Shown: positions 1 to 8,082 of the stretch, piece by piece
How positions within the stretch are numbered: position 1 is the first letter of the stretch
Layout: every line of letters begins with the position of its first letter
NCBI GenBank assembly: GCA_017550145.1
Contig: JAFZQG010000015.1
Span: 73,934-137,933, forward strand
Direction of reading: 5' to 3'
DNA from: Erysipelotrichaceae bacterium
Lineage (GTDB): Bacteria > Bacillota_I > Bacilli_A > Erysipelotrichales > Erysipelotrichaceae
Length of the DNA stretch: 64,000 nt
Position numbers and translations under genes: made by a program
The notes under the pieces: generated by a model
Databases searched by the model: none
What the model saw: the letters and a program-made list of their open reading frames with translations, nothing else
Told to the model about the DNA's origin: nothing

Positions 1-48
1 GCGACATCCTGGGTATCGATCAGGATAAACTGGACCATCTGGAAATAT

Positions 49-1269
49 ATGTTAAATGATGCGAAAACGATCTGTCTTAATGCCATCGCTTCCTGTCTTC
101 CTGATGAGAGCGTAAAGAAGGCACTAAGAGATCTTGATCTGAAAGGGAATATATATCTTGTTGCGGTTGGCAAAGCCGCTTTTTCTATGGCCAAAGCCGC
201 AACAGAAAGTGTTGATATCGTTAAAGGCATCGTCATCAGTAAGTATGGCCATATCAAAGGCGAAATAGATAAAGTCGAATGTTACGAAGCAGGTCATCCT
301 ATACTGGACCAGAGCACAATTAACGCTACCGCAAAGGTAATAGAGATGTGTAAAGATCTCAAGGAAGATGACAAGGTTCTCTTCTTACTTTCAGGCGGAG
401 CAAGCTCCTTATTTGAAAAACCATTAGTTGAACTTGATGAATTACAGAACATCAATGATCAGATGCTGAAGAAGGGCTGCAGTATCTTTGAGATCAATAC
501 GATCCGTAAGAAACTTTCAATGGTTAAAGGCGGAAGATTTGCGGATCTGTGCAAGCCGGCCAAGGTATATTCGATCATTCTTTCCGATGTCTTATCAGAC
601 CGTTTAGACACGATCGGATCCGGTCCGACCGCAAAAGACGAAACTGATGGGAAAGAAGCCATAAGACTTCTTGATCAGTATCAGATAAATGTTAATGAAG
701 AGACCAGAAAAATCATCGAAGAAAGTAAACCGGCCTTAACCGATAACAGCACAAACATCATCATCGGTTCGGTTAAGATATTATGTCAGAATGCGATGAA
801 AGAAGCTGAGAAACTCGGTTATAAAGCGATTCTGTTAAATGATCAGCTGGATTGCGAAGCAAGACAGGCTGGTGATTATCTCTATCACGAGATCATGAAA
901 CATTATGATGATAAAGAGAATATCGCTCTAGTCATGGGCGGAGAAACAGTTGTCCATGTAAAAGGAACCGGAAAAGGCGGAAGAAATCAGGAACTGGTAT
1001 TCTCCCAGATCGAACACATCAAAGGTATGAATAATGTGCTGATCATGTCTCTAGGATCAGATGGAACCGACGGTCCGACTGATGCAGCAGGCGGATATGT
1101 AGATGGAAGTTCATATGAAAAACTGCAGAAGCAGAATCTGAGTTTTGAAGCGATCCTTGATAATAATGATTCATATTATGGGCTAAAGACGATTGATTCA
1201 CTTATCATTACCGGTCCGACCGGTACTAATGTGAATGATGTCTGTGTGGCTCTGATCAAAAACAGTTGA
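49..1269 (+). CDS. glycerate kinase, DUF4147/MOFRL family (GckA/TtuD type)
   Basis: 406-aa ORF. N-terminal VAVGKAAFSMAKAA and C-terminal MGGETVVHVKGTGKGGRNQE motifs are typical of MOFRL glycerate 2-kinases. The frame stays open to position 1, so the ATG at 49 is provisional. Confidence 0.85.
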   Translation: MLNDAKTICLNAIASCLPDESVKKALRDLDLKGNIYLVAVGKAAFSMAKAATESVDIVKGIVISKYGHIKGEIDKVECYEAGHPILDQSTINATAKVIEMCKDLKEDDKVLFLLSGGASSLFEKPLVELDELQNINDQMLKKGCSIFEINTIRKKLSMVKGGRFADLCKPAKVYSIILSDVLSDRLDTIGSGPTAKDETDGKEAIRLLDQYQINVNEETRKIIEESKPALTDNSTNIIIGSVKILCQNAMKEAEKLGYKAILLNDQLDCEARQAGDYLYHEIMKHYDDKENIALVMGGETVVHVKGTGKGGRNQELVFSQIEHIKGMNNVLIMSLGSDGTDGPTDAAGGYVDGSSYEKLQKQNLSFEAILDNNDSYYGLKTIDSLIITGPTGTNVNDVCVALIKNS

Positions 1270-1331
1270 ATACAGATAAACAGGATTACATTCAAGGGGG
1301 GGAAAATAGTTCCTTCTTTTTATATAGCAAA

Positions 1332-1370
1332 TTTACTCAAATCCATTTGAGTCAAATCCATTTGAGTAAA
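1332..1370. repeat. two back-to-back copies of the 15-bp palindromic unit TCAAATCCATTTGAG inside an outer dyad TTTAC...GTAAA
   Basis: Read directly: unit copies at 1337-1351 and 1352-1366. Each unit is TCAAAT-cc-ATTTGA, and the whole 39 bp is dyad-symmetric. Confidence 0.85.
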
Positions 1371-1377
1371 TTACTGT

Positions 1378-1406
1378 TTGACAAAATATAATACAGATAA
1401 TACAAT
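1378..1406 (+). promoter_or_regulatory. sigma-A-type promoter TTGACA-17 bp-TACAAT for the GntR/ABC operon
   Basis: TTGACA at 1378-1383, 17-bp spacer, TACAAT at 1401-1406. The SD AGGAGG and the ATG at 1438 follow. Confidence 0.6.
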
Positions 1407-1424
1407 TAATACAGTTAATACAGA
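1389..1424 (+). repeat. four direct repeats TAATACA(G/A) with exact 9-bp phasing
   Basis: Copies start at 1389, 1398, 1407 and 1416. They overlap the -10 box and fill the 5-prime UTR up to the SD. A related AATACAGATAA copy lies at 1270-1280. Confidence 0.85.
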
Positions 1425-1437
1425 TAGGAGGTAGAGA

Positions 1438-1800
1438 ATGTTCCTAATAAATTTACAGGGAAAAGAATCTATTTACGAACAGATCAGATCACAGATCGAG
1501 AAATTTATTAAGACCGGCATTCTTAAACCCGGAGATAAACTTCCCTCAGTAAGAAATCTGGCTGAAGATCTGGGCATCAATCCTAATACGGTCATGAAGG
1601 CCTATCAGGAACTGGAAAAGAACGGTTATATCTACACCTTGAACAAGAAAGGTGTTTTTGTGGCAGAAGATCTTAAGGCAAAACAGAAGAAGAATAAGAG
1701 AGATGCGGTATTGATGATCGATACACTCAAAAGCGAAGGTTTTACCAAGAAAGATCTGCTTAAAATACTTGATGAAGTATACGAAAAGGAGAAAAAGTAA
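1438..1800 (+). CDS. GntR-family transcriptional regulator, YtrA subfamily (winged HTH only, no effector domain)
   Basis: 120 aa. GntR signature KLPSVRNLAEDLGINPNTVMKAYQELE. SD AGGAGG upstream. TAATG junction with the next gene. Confidence 0.88.
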   Translation: MFLINLQGKESIYEQIRSQIEKFIKTGILKPGDKLPSVRNLAEDLGINPNTVMKAYQELEKNGYIYTLNKKGVFVAEDLKAKQKKNKRDAVLMIDTLKSEGFTKKDLLKILDEVYEKEKK

Positions 1801-2675
1801 TGTTAAAGATCAACAATATCTCGAAGAGCTTTGACACCAAAAAAGTTCTCAACAATCTGAGCCTGGAAGTTAATGACGGTTCCATTTTCGGACTGGTAGG
1901 TGTAAACGGAGCCGGTAAGTCAACCTTATTAAGATGTGTAGCCGGTATTTACAGGACCGATGAGGGTAATGTGGAGTTTAACGGTATAGATACCTATAAA
2001 GATGAAAACATCAGAAAGGATATCTTCTTTGTGAATGATGATCCGTATTATCCGATGGCTTCCAATATCAAATCCTTAAAGGAATTCTATTCATCTTATT
2101 ATCCTTTTGATGAAGTCGTTTATTTCAAGACCCTGAAGCTGTTCGGTCTTGATGAGAATAAACCGGTCAATACCTTCTCCAAGGGTATGAAGAGACAGAC
2201 TTTATTATTATTTGCTTTAGCTATCAGACCTAAATTATTATTGCTGGATGAAGCATTTGACGGACTGGATCCTTTAGTCAGATACAATCTGAAGAAATCA
2301 TTATATGAATTCATTGAGGATTCTCATGCAACGATCATTATTTCTTCCCATAACCTGAAGGAACTGGAAGATATCTGTGATTCCTATGGAATTCTGGAAA
2401 ACGGCAAGATCGAAACCTATGGTGATCTGCTTGAATCCAAACAGAATATCAATAAGTATCAGCTGGCCTTCAAGAAGGAACCTGATGAGAGTGCCTTTGA
2501 GAAGTTCGATATCCTTCATCAGTCAAAAGAAGGTTCGGTCTACAGCCTGGTAATCAAGGGTGATAAGGAAGAGACGGTTAAGGAATTAAAGAAGTTAAAG
2601 CCGATCATTCTCGATACACTGAGTGTCAACTTTGAAGAACTGTTCATCTATGAACATGAAGGAGGTAACAGATAA
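1800..2675 (+). CDS. ABC transporter ATP-binding protein (YtrB-like)
   Basis: Walker A GVNGAGKST, signature FSKGMKRQ, Walker B LLLLDEAFDGLD, H-loop SSHNL. TAATG junctions on both sides. Confidence 0.9.
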   Translation: MLKINNISKSFDTKKVLNNLSLEVNDGSIFGLVGVNGAGKSTLLRCVAGIYRTDEGNVEFNGIDTYKDENIRKDIFFVNDDPYYPMASNIKSLKEFYSSYYPFDEVVYFKTLKLFGLDENKPVNTFSKGMKRQTLLLFALAIRPKLLLLDEAFDGLDPLVRYNLKKSLYEFIEDSHATIIISSHNLKELEDICDSYGILENGKIETYGDLLESKQNINKYQLAFKKEPDESAFEKFDILHQSKEGSVYSLVIKGDKEETVKELKKLKPIILDTLSVNFEELFIYEHEGGNR

Positions 2676-4129
2676 TGTTCAGTCTGGAATACTTTAAATA
2701 TCTTTTGAAGTCAAGAAAATATCTGCTGTTATTTGTTTTCTTGATCACTTTACTGAATATTCTGGGAACCAGAGATCCGAAAACATATCTGATCATTCAG
2801 GCTTTCCTTTCACTGGCAATGACTTTTATCCTGCCGCTGAATATCTTCTATTACATCCATGACCGCAAGGCTATCGATACCTTCTTCTCAATCCCGGTAT
2901 CAAGAAAAGCCTTACTGGTAACAGGACTTGTATTCTGTATATTGGGTGTTTATCTGCCGTTTGCGTTATCGATCGTATGTTACGGAATCGGTGTTAAGGC
3001 AGGACTGATGATTGTTGTGTATCTGTTAGAAATGTTATTGGCAGTGATGACACTGGTAGTGTTCCATACCTTGCTGTATATGATCGCAAATAATGCGATC
3101 GACGGTGTGGTGATGGCTGCAGCCTATACCTGCATGCCTCTGGTTCTGCTGTTTGTCTTATACAGCTACACCAATTCCTTTGTCTGCGGTATGAACAACT
3201 TTGATTTCACTTTTGTTTCCTACCTCTCACCGATCTATCTCAGCGGCAGGCTGTTTGCCTCATTCAAGAAGATCAGCAGTGATAATGTCGTTCCTTTAGG
3301 TGCGATCATCGGCCTGATCGTGATCCTTGGCATAACTGCATATCTTTTATACAGAAGTTATCTCAACAGAGCGGTCGAAAGAGCCAATACATCCTCAAAC
3401 GGTTTCTTTGCCTATCCGGCTGTTATCTATACCTATGCATTTCTGGTGTTACTGCTGATAAGCTCATTCTTCAGCTTCTACTACAATGATGTATTTGAAT
3501 TCTTCAGAGAATTCTTTATCGCATACCTCTTACTGTTTGCGGTCTTTGTGGCAGCCCACTTTGTTTATAAGCGTAAATTCTATTTCTCTTATAAACTGCC
3601 GTTATTCTATTGTATTGCTTTAGTCATCAGCATTGTCTTTGCGCTGGTGTGCAGACAGACACATGGTTTCGGATTATCCTATGCCTATCCGAAGAACGAC
3701 TATAAAGCATACTATACGATGAGCTGCTGGTACAACCGTTTCGAGAACTACAACAGAGAACTCTTCGATTACTGTGAGAGCCAGATCGGAACCAGTATTG
3801 AAGATGTCAGCGTCTATGTCGAAGCCAATGATAAGTATCATAATACGGAAATAAGCGAAAAGACCTATGAGATCTTCGATGAGATGCGTAAGGATGCGAT
3901 CGATAAATTCTACGGGGATCATAACGGTTACCGCAGCATCTATCTGCTGATCGATTCATCTAAAGACAATAATTATTACAATTATGATGTCGGAAGCGAT
4001 TTAAGAGTTGATCAGTTGAAACAGCTCGCTGCCGATGATAATGTGAAGGTCACCGTTGTGCTTGATTATGAAGAATTTGTAATGGATAAAGACGGAAATC
4101 TGAAGAAAGAAATAATAATCTATAAGTAG
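2675..4129 (+). CDS. polytopic membrane protein, putative ABC-2-type permease partner with a soluble C-terminal domain
   Basis: 484 aa. Many hydrophobic helices in the first ~330 aa, then a ~150-aa hydrophilic tail. Translationally coupled to the ATPase. No catalytic motif recognised. Confidence 0.6.
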   Translation: MFSLEYFKYLLKSRKYLLLFVFLITLLNILGTRDPKTYLIIQAFLSLAMTFILPLNIFYYIHDRKAIDTFFSIPVSRKALLVTGLVFCILGVYLPFALSIVCYGIGVKAGLMIVVYLLEMLLAVMTLVVFHTLLYMIANNAIDGVVMAAAYTCMPLVLLFVLYSYTNSFVCGMNNFDFTFVSYLSPIYLSGRLFASFKKISSDNVVPLGAIIGLIVILGITAYLLYRSYLNRAVERANTSSNGFFAYPAVIYTYAFLVLLLISSFFSFYYNDVFEFFREFFIAYLLLFAVFVAAHFVYKRKFYFSYKLPLFYCIALVISIVFALVCRQTHGFGLSYAYPKNDYKAYYTMSCWYNRFENYNRELFDYCESQIGTSIEDVSVYVEANDKYHNTEISEKTYEIFDEMRKDAIDKFYGDHNGYRSIYLLIDSSKDNNYYNYDVGSDLRVDQLKQLAADDNVKVTVVLDYEEFVMDKDGNLKKEIIIYK

Positions 4130-4166
4130 TGTGACCATAAGATAAGAAAAAGATAGTTGATAATAG

Positions 4167-4196
4167 AGCGAATATCGAAAGATATTCGCTTATAAT
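4167..4196 (+). promoter_or_regulatory. perfect 10-bp inverted repeat (AGCGAATATC-gaaa-GATATTCGCT) abutting a TATAAT box
   Basis: Arms at 4167-4176 and 4181-4190, then TATAAT at 4191-4196. No T-run follows, so an operator or promoter element is more likely than a terminator. Confidence 0.5.
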
Positions 4197-4223
4197 AGTA
4201 GATGATCGTAGGAGGATGTTATT

Positions 4224-5720
4224 ATGCCTGAAGACAATAAAGATTTCCTGGACCAGTTTTCTAACGCTGGCAAGCCGGCAAGTTTTGCGGAAGAAGAAAG
4301 AACACCGGTCGTCAGGGAAAGAAAACCTGTCAATCCTAAGGTTATAGCTTTTGCGGCAATTGCACTGGTGCTTTTAGGTATCGGCGTATATTTCCTGTTT
4401 TTTGCTCCGAAGATCGAAATGCCTGATTTTGTGGGCAAGACCAAGAGCGATATCGGCGCCTGGGTAAAACAGCAGGGAATCGAAGCTTCGGGTGTCATTT
4501 TTGAAGAAACCTACGATTTTGACTCCGAAGACGGTACTGTATTAACACAGAGCGTCAAGGCAGGCAAGAAAGTTAAAAAGAATGTCAAATTAAATTTCAC
4601 GCTCTCTTTAGGACCGGATCCTGAAGAAAGGATCAAGGTTCCGGAACTGGAGACCATGAATAAAGAAGAGATTCAGGAATGGATCAAGGAAAACAAACTG
4701 TTAAAAACCAAGACCATTACCGCTTATAACGAATATGTCGTCGAGAATAATGTCATCGATTACAGCTTCAGCGGCTGTGACGAAGACAGCTTTACCAGAG
4801 GCTGTACCTTAAAGATCAATGTCTCCAAGGGACCGGCTCCGGCAGGCAAAGTCACCATGGAAGATTTCGAGAAGAAACCATTCGCAACAGTTGAAGCCTG
4901 GTGCAAGTCCAAGAAGATCGAACTGATCAAGGTCGAACAGTATTCCGATAAAGTAGATGACGGATATGTTATTTCACAAAGCGTCGCTTCCGGAAAGGTC
5001 ATCAAGGAAGGCGAATCCCTAACAGTCGTCGTATCTTTGGGACAGGCTGTCTATATGCCTGATATGATCGGCTGGAACGAGAAGCAGTTAAGAGCTTGGC
5101 AGACCAAGAATCCGGCTGTTTCCTTATATACCAATGAATACTATTCATCGGAACCTAAGGGAATTATCTTAAAGCAGTCATTACCGGTCGGCACTCTGAT
5201 CGATACCGATAAGTATGTCGAACTGACGGTTTCTTTAGGTAACTATGTCGATCTGGGCACAAGCTTTGTCGGTACGGAATATCACGCTCAGGGCGGTCTT
5301 CATGACTGGAAAGACAAGCAGAATGAAATGGGTGCTGATATCAAGGTAAACAGAACTTATGAGTTCTCCGATAGATATCCGGCTGAAGTTATTATCCGTC
5401 ATGACAATGCGGTCGAAGTCGGCGGTACTTTGAATGTTGTTGTATCCAAAGGCAAGAATATACTGCTGGAAGATGGCAAAGAAGTAGTTTTGACCTGGGC
5501 TGATCTGGCTGCAGGCAATGCAACTGAGGAAACGGCCAGGGCCTTATGCGAAGAAAACGATGTGAATTATGAAATCGTTTATTCATACAAAGTCGGTAAG
5601 AATAACGGCGACGTTATTTCAGCCATCAGAAAAGACGGTGAAGTATTAGTAGCCAAGACTTATCTGCCGCAGGATGTTAAAGTCGTAATTACTGTCAGTG
5701 ATGACAGTTATAAAAACTAA
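4224..5720 (+). CDS. single-pass membrane protein with repeated PASTA-like extracellular domains (no kinase or PBP domain)
   Basis: 498 aa. TM helix VIAFAAIALVLLGIGVYFLFFAP. Repeats open with MPDFVGKT, VPELETMNKEE, MEDFEKKPF, MPDMIGWNEKQ and close with LSLG, VSKG, VSLG, VSLG. SD AGGAGG upstream. Confidence 0.72.
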   Translation: MPEDNKDFLDQFSNAGKPASFAEEERTPVVRERKPVNPKVIAFAAIALVLLGIGVYFLFFAPKIEMPDFVGKTKSDIGAWVKQQGIEASGVIFEETYDFDSEDGTVLTQSVKAGKKVKKNVKLNFTLSLGPDPEERIKVPELETMNKEEIQEWIKENKLLKTKTITAYNEYVVENNVIDYSFSGCDEDSFTRGCTLKINVSKGPAPAGKVTMEDFEKKPFATVEAWCKSKKIELIKVEQYSDKVDDGYVISQSVASGKVIKEGESLTVVVSLGQAVYMPDMIGWNEKQLRAWQTKNPAVSLYTNEYYSSEPKGIILKQSLPVGTLIDTDKYVELTVSLGNYVDLGTSFVGTEYHAQGGLHDWKDKQNEMGADIKVNRTYEFSDRYPAEVIIRHDNAVEVGGTLNVVVSKGKNILLEDGKEVVLTWADLAAGNATEETARALCEENDVNYEIVYSYKVGKNNGDVISAIRKDGEVLVAKTYLPQDVKVVITVSDDSYKN

Positions 5721-5729
5721 GGTGTAAAT

Positions 5730-7346
5730 ATGAATTTTATCAATAGAGCTATAAAAAACGTAACCAGGAGGCTGTCCAAGACGATCCTGCTGGTTCTTAC
5801 TTTTTTTCTGATCGGTAATCTCGTTATTATCGGTTTAGGTATTTCCAATGCGTCTAAAAGCGCCAAGATCCTGACCAGACAGAAGATGAGAGCGGTCGTT
5901 ACCTATAAGGTGGACTATGATAAGGTTTACCGTTATACGGAAACGATCGAAGATCAGGATGAACTGCAAAAATTCTATGAGAATTATCCAAGAGTCAAAG
6001 TTGAAGATGTAACGGAATTCTTAAAAGACGACAGAGTCAGAATGGCCAACTCCGTTTCTTCGAATATGTGGTATCAGGATGAAAACAATTCCGTGGACTT
6101 TGTCCATCTTAATAATACCCGCGAACAGAATATGGATGAAAACCAGGGTCAGTCCTGCTGGACCGATATAAACGGATCGATGGTCTGTGAGACATATAAG
6201 GAACCGACTTTCTTCATTAAGAGTAATATGTATCCGGGTATGATCGAATTTGAGGACGGTGATTATCAGATCGTCAGCGGACGTTTCTATAATCAGGAAG
6301 AAATCGACAATGCGGAAATGGTCTGTCTGATTTCCGAAAATCTGGCCCAGAATAATGGGCTTGGCATCGGAGACAACATTACTCTGGCTGTCGACAATCT
6401 TTCTTCATATGCAAAGCAGAGCGGTACGACCCAGGAAGATCTTGAAAGTACATTTGAGATCGTCGGCATCTTTTCGCACAATAAACCTTTAACACCGGAC
6501 TCTCCGAACTACGAATATGCTTCGCCATATGAGAATCCGGATAATATGATCTTCATGCCGACGACAAGTTCTTATATGGCACAGCTGACATATCAGCAGA
6601 AACAGTATGATTATTATGCTCAGATGTATCCGGATGAGGAATACTATCAGAATCCTGATAATCGTCCGAGTCTCGAGAATATGGAAAAGAATATGTACAT
6701 TGACAGTGTAACCTTACTGTTAGATGATCCTTTGAATGTCGATCAGTTTGTGGAAGACTATCAGTCAAAGCTTTCACAGTTTACTTCCCTTGATGCGAAC
6801 AACGATGAATTCAACAGACTGGCTAAACCGTTAGATACCTTAAGCATGTATGCGAATTTCATCGTCTGGCTGGTTGTTATAAATGCAGTAGTAATTATTA
6901 CATTAGTTACAGCTTTAACGCTGAAAAACAGAGAATATGAAATCGGCGTCTTACTTTCAGTCGGCGCCAGCAAATTAAAAGTAATCGCTCAGTTCTTTAT
7001 CGAGCTGGCGATTGTCGCGGTCTTTGGTTTTACTTTGGCGGTAGCATCGGGTTCACTGATTTCCCGTGAAATCGGTAACCGTGTACTGGAAGCACAGATC
7101 GCATCCAGCGGTATCAATGAAGAAGATGATATCGGCACTTATTACTACAATGATCTCTGGGATACGGATTATTCGACAAAGATCACTTTAGAGGATCTTA
7201 CTTCCGAATATGAAGTAACGGTATCACCGCTGATTATTGCTGAGATCTATGTTCTGGGTCTGGGAATTGTGTTGATCTCTGTCATCATTCCTTCATTCAT
7301 GATCATGAGATACAATCCGAAGAAGATCCTGATGAATCAGAACTAG
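5730..7346 (+). CDS. ABC transporter permease, FtsX/MacB type, with a large extracytoplasmic domain (YtrF-like)
   Basis: 538 aa. N-terminal TM, ~330-aa hydrophilic domain, then three C-terminal TM helices. Typical ending RYNPKKILMNQN. 9-nt gap from the PASTA gene. Confidence 0.8.
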   Translation: MNFINRAIKNVTRRLSKTILLVLTFFLIGNLVIIGLGISNASKSAKILTRQKMRAVVTYKVDYDKVYRYTETIEDQDELQKFYENYPRVKVEDVTEFLKDDRVRMANSVSSNMWYQDENNSVDFVHLNNTREQNMDENQGQSCWTDINGSMVCETYKEPTFFIKSNMYPGMIEFEDGDYQIVSGRFYNQEEIDNAEMVCLISENLAQNNGLGIGDNITLAVDNLSSYAKQSGTTQEDLESTFEIVGIFSHNKPLTPDSPNYEYASPYENPDNMIFMPTTSSYMAQLTYQQKQYDYYAQMYPDEEYYQNPDNRPSLENMEKNMYIDSVTLLLDDPLNVDQFVEDYQSKLSQFTSLDANNDEFNRLAKPLDTLSMYANFIVWLVVINAVVIITLVTALTLKNREYEIGVLLSVGASKLKVIAQFFIELAIVAVFGFTLAVASGSLISREIGNRVLEAQIASSGINEEDDIGTYYYNDLWDTDYSTKITLEDLTSEYEVTVSPLIIAEIYVLGLGIVLISVIIPSFMIMRYNPKKILMNQN

Positions 7347-7354
7347 GAGGCCTT

Positions 7355-8029
7355 ATGTCAGATATACTCAGACTTGAAAACATCAATTATTCATATATCG
7401 ATGGCGGTTATGAAAGACATATTCTGAAGGATCTTTCCTACAGTTTTGAAGCAGGGAAATTCTATACGGTCTTAGGTCCTTCAGGGTCAGGTAAGACGAC
7501 GTTACTGTCGATCATTGCGGGATTAGATACACCTAAAAGCGGAGAGATCTATTTCAATGGCAGGAATATTAAGGAAATAGGTTTACATAAATACAGAAGG
7601 AATGAGATCTCGATCGTCTTCCAGCAGTACAATCTTATTTCTTATCTGACGGCTGTAGAAAACGTCTTACTGGCAATGTCGGAAACAGACAATAAACTGC
7701 CAAAGGATAGGAAGACAGTTGCGTATAATCTCTTGGAAAGATTCGGAATCGTCAGGACTAAAGCGGATCGTATGATCGGTCAGCTGTCCGGCGGTGAGCA
7801 GCAAAGAGTTGCGATCGCGAGATCTCTTGCCAGCAACGTCAACCTGATCTTTGCGGATGAGCCGACCGGAAACCTTGATACAGCTACGGAAAAAGAAATC
7901 ATCGGAATTTTTAAAGAACTATCCCATGATTTCGGTAAGACGATCATCGTTGTTACCCACTCCGACACGGTCAGCCAGATGTCCGACCAGCGAGTCTTGT
8001 TAAAAGACGGAAAGATGCAGAAACTATAA
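7355..8029 (+). CDS. ABC transporter ATP-binding protein (MacB/LolD/YtrE-like)
   Basis: Walker A GPSGSGKTT, signature LSGGEQQRVAIAR, Walker B IFADEPTGNLD, H-loop VTHS. Confidence 0.92.
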   Translation: MSDILRLENINYSYIDGGYERHILKDLSYSFEAGKFYTVLGPSGSGKTTLLSIIAGLDTPKSGEIYFNGRNIKEIGLHKYRRNEISIVFQQYNLISYLTAVENVLLAMSETDNKLPKDRKTVAYNLLERFGIVRTKADRMIGQLSGGEQQRVAIARSLASNVNLIFADEPTGNLDTATEKEIIGIFKELSHDFGKTIIVVTHSDTVSQMSDQRVLLKDGKMQKL

Positions 8030-8035
8030 CAATAG

Positions 8036-8060
8036 AAAAGCCCGGTTATGCCGGGCTTTG
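8036..8060. terminator. bidirectional intrinsic terminator between convergent genes
   Basis: AAAAGCCCGG-ttatg-CCGGGCTTT hairpin, flanked by an A-run on one side and a T-run on the other. Confidence 0.8.
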
Positions 8061-8082
8061 TAAAATATTGGAATCTGAATTA

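Noticed and set aside
1-48. A possible 3-prime end of an upstream gene (frame-2 stop TAA at 26-28), or an N-terminal extension of the glycerate kinase gene.
   Set aside because: Only 8-16 codons are visible, which is not enough to support either interpretation.
1296-1302. A G7 homopolymer in the intergenic region after the glycerate kinase gene, considered as a possible phase-variation tract.
   Set aside because: It is not within an ORF and not between the -35 and -10 elements of the promoter I can see. It lies 76 bp upstream of the -35 box. Seven residues is short for efficient slippage.
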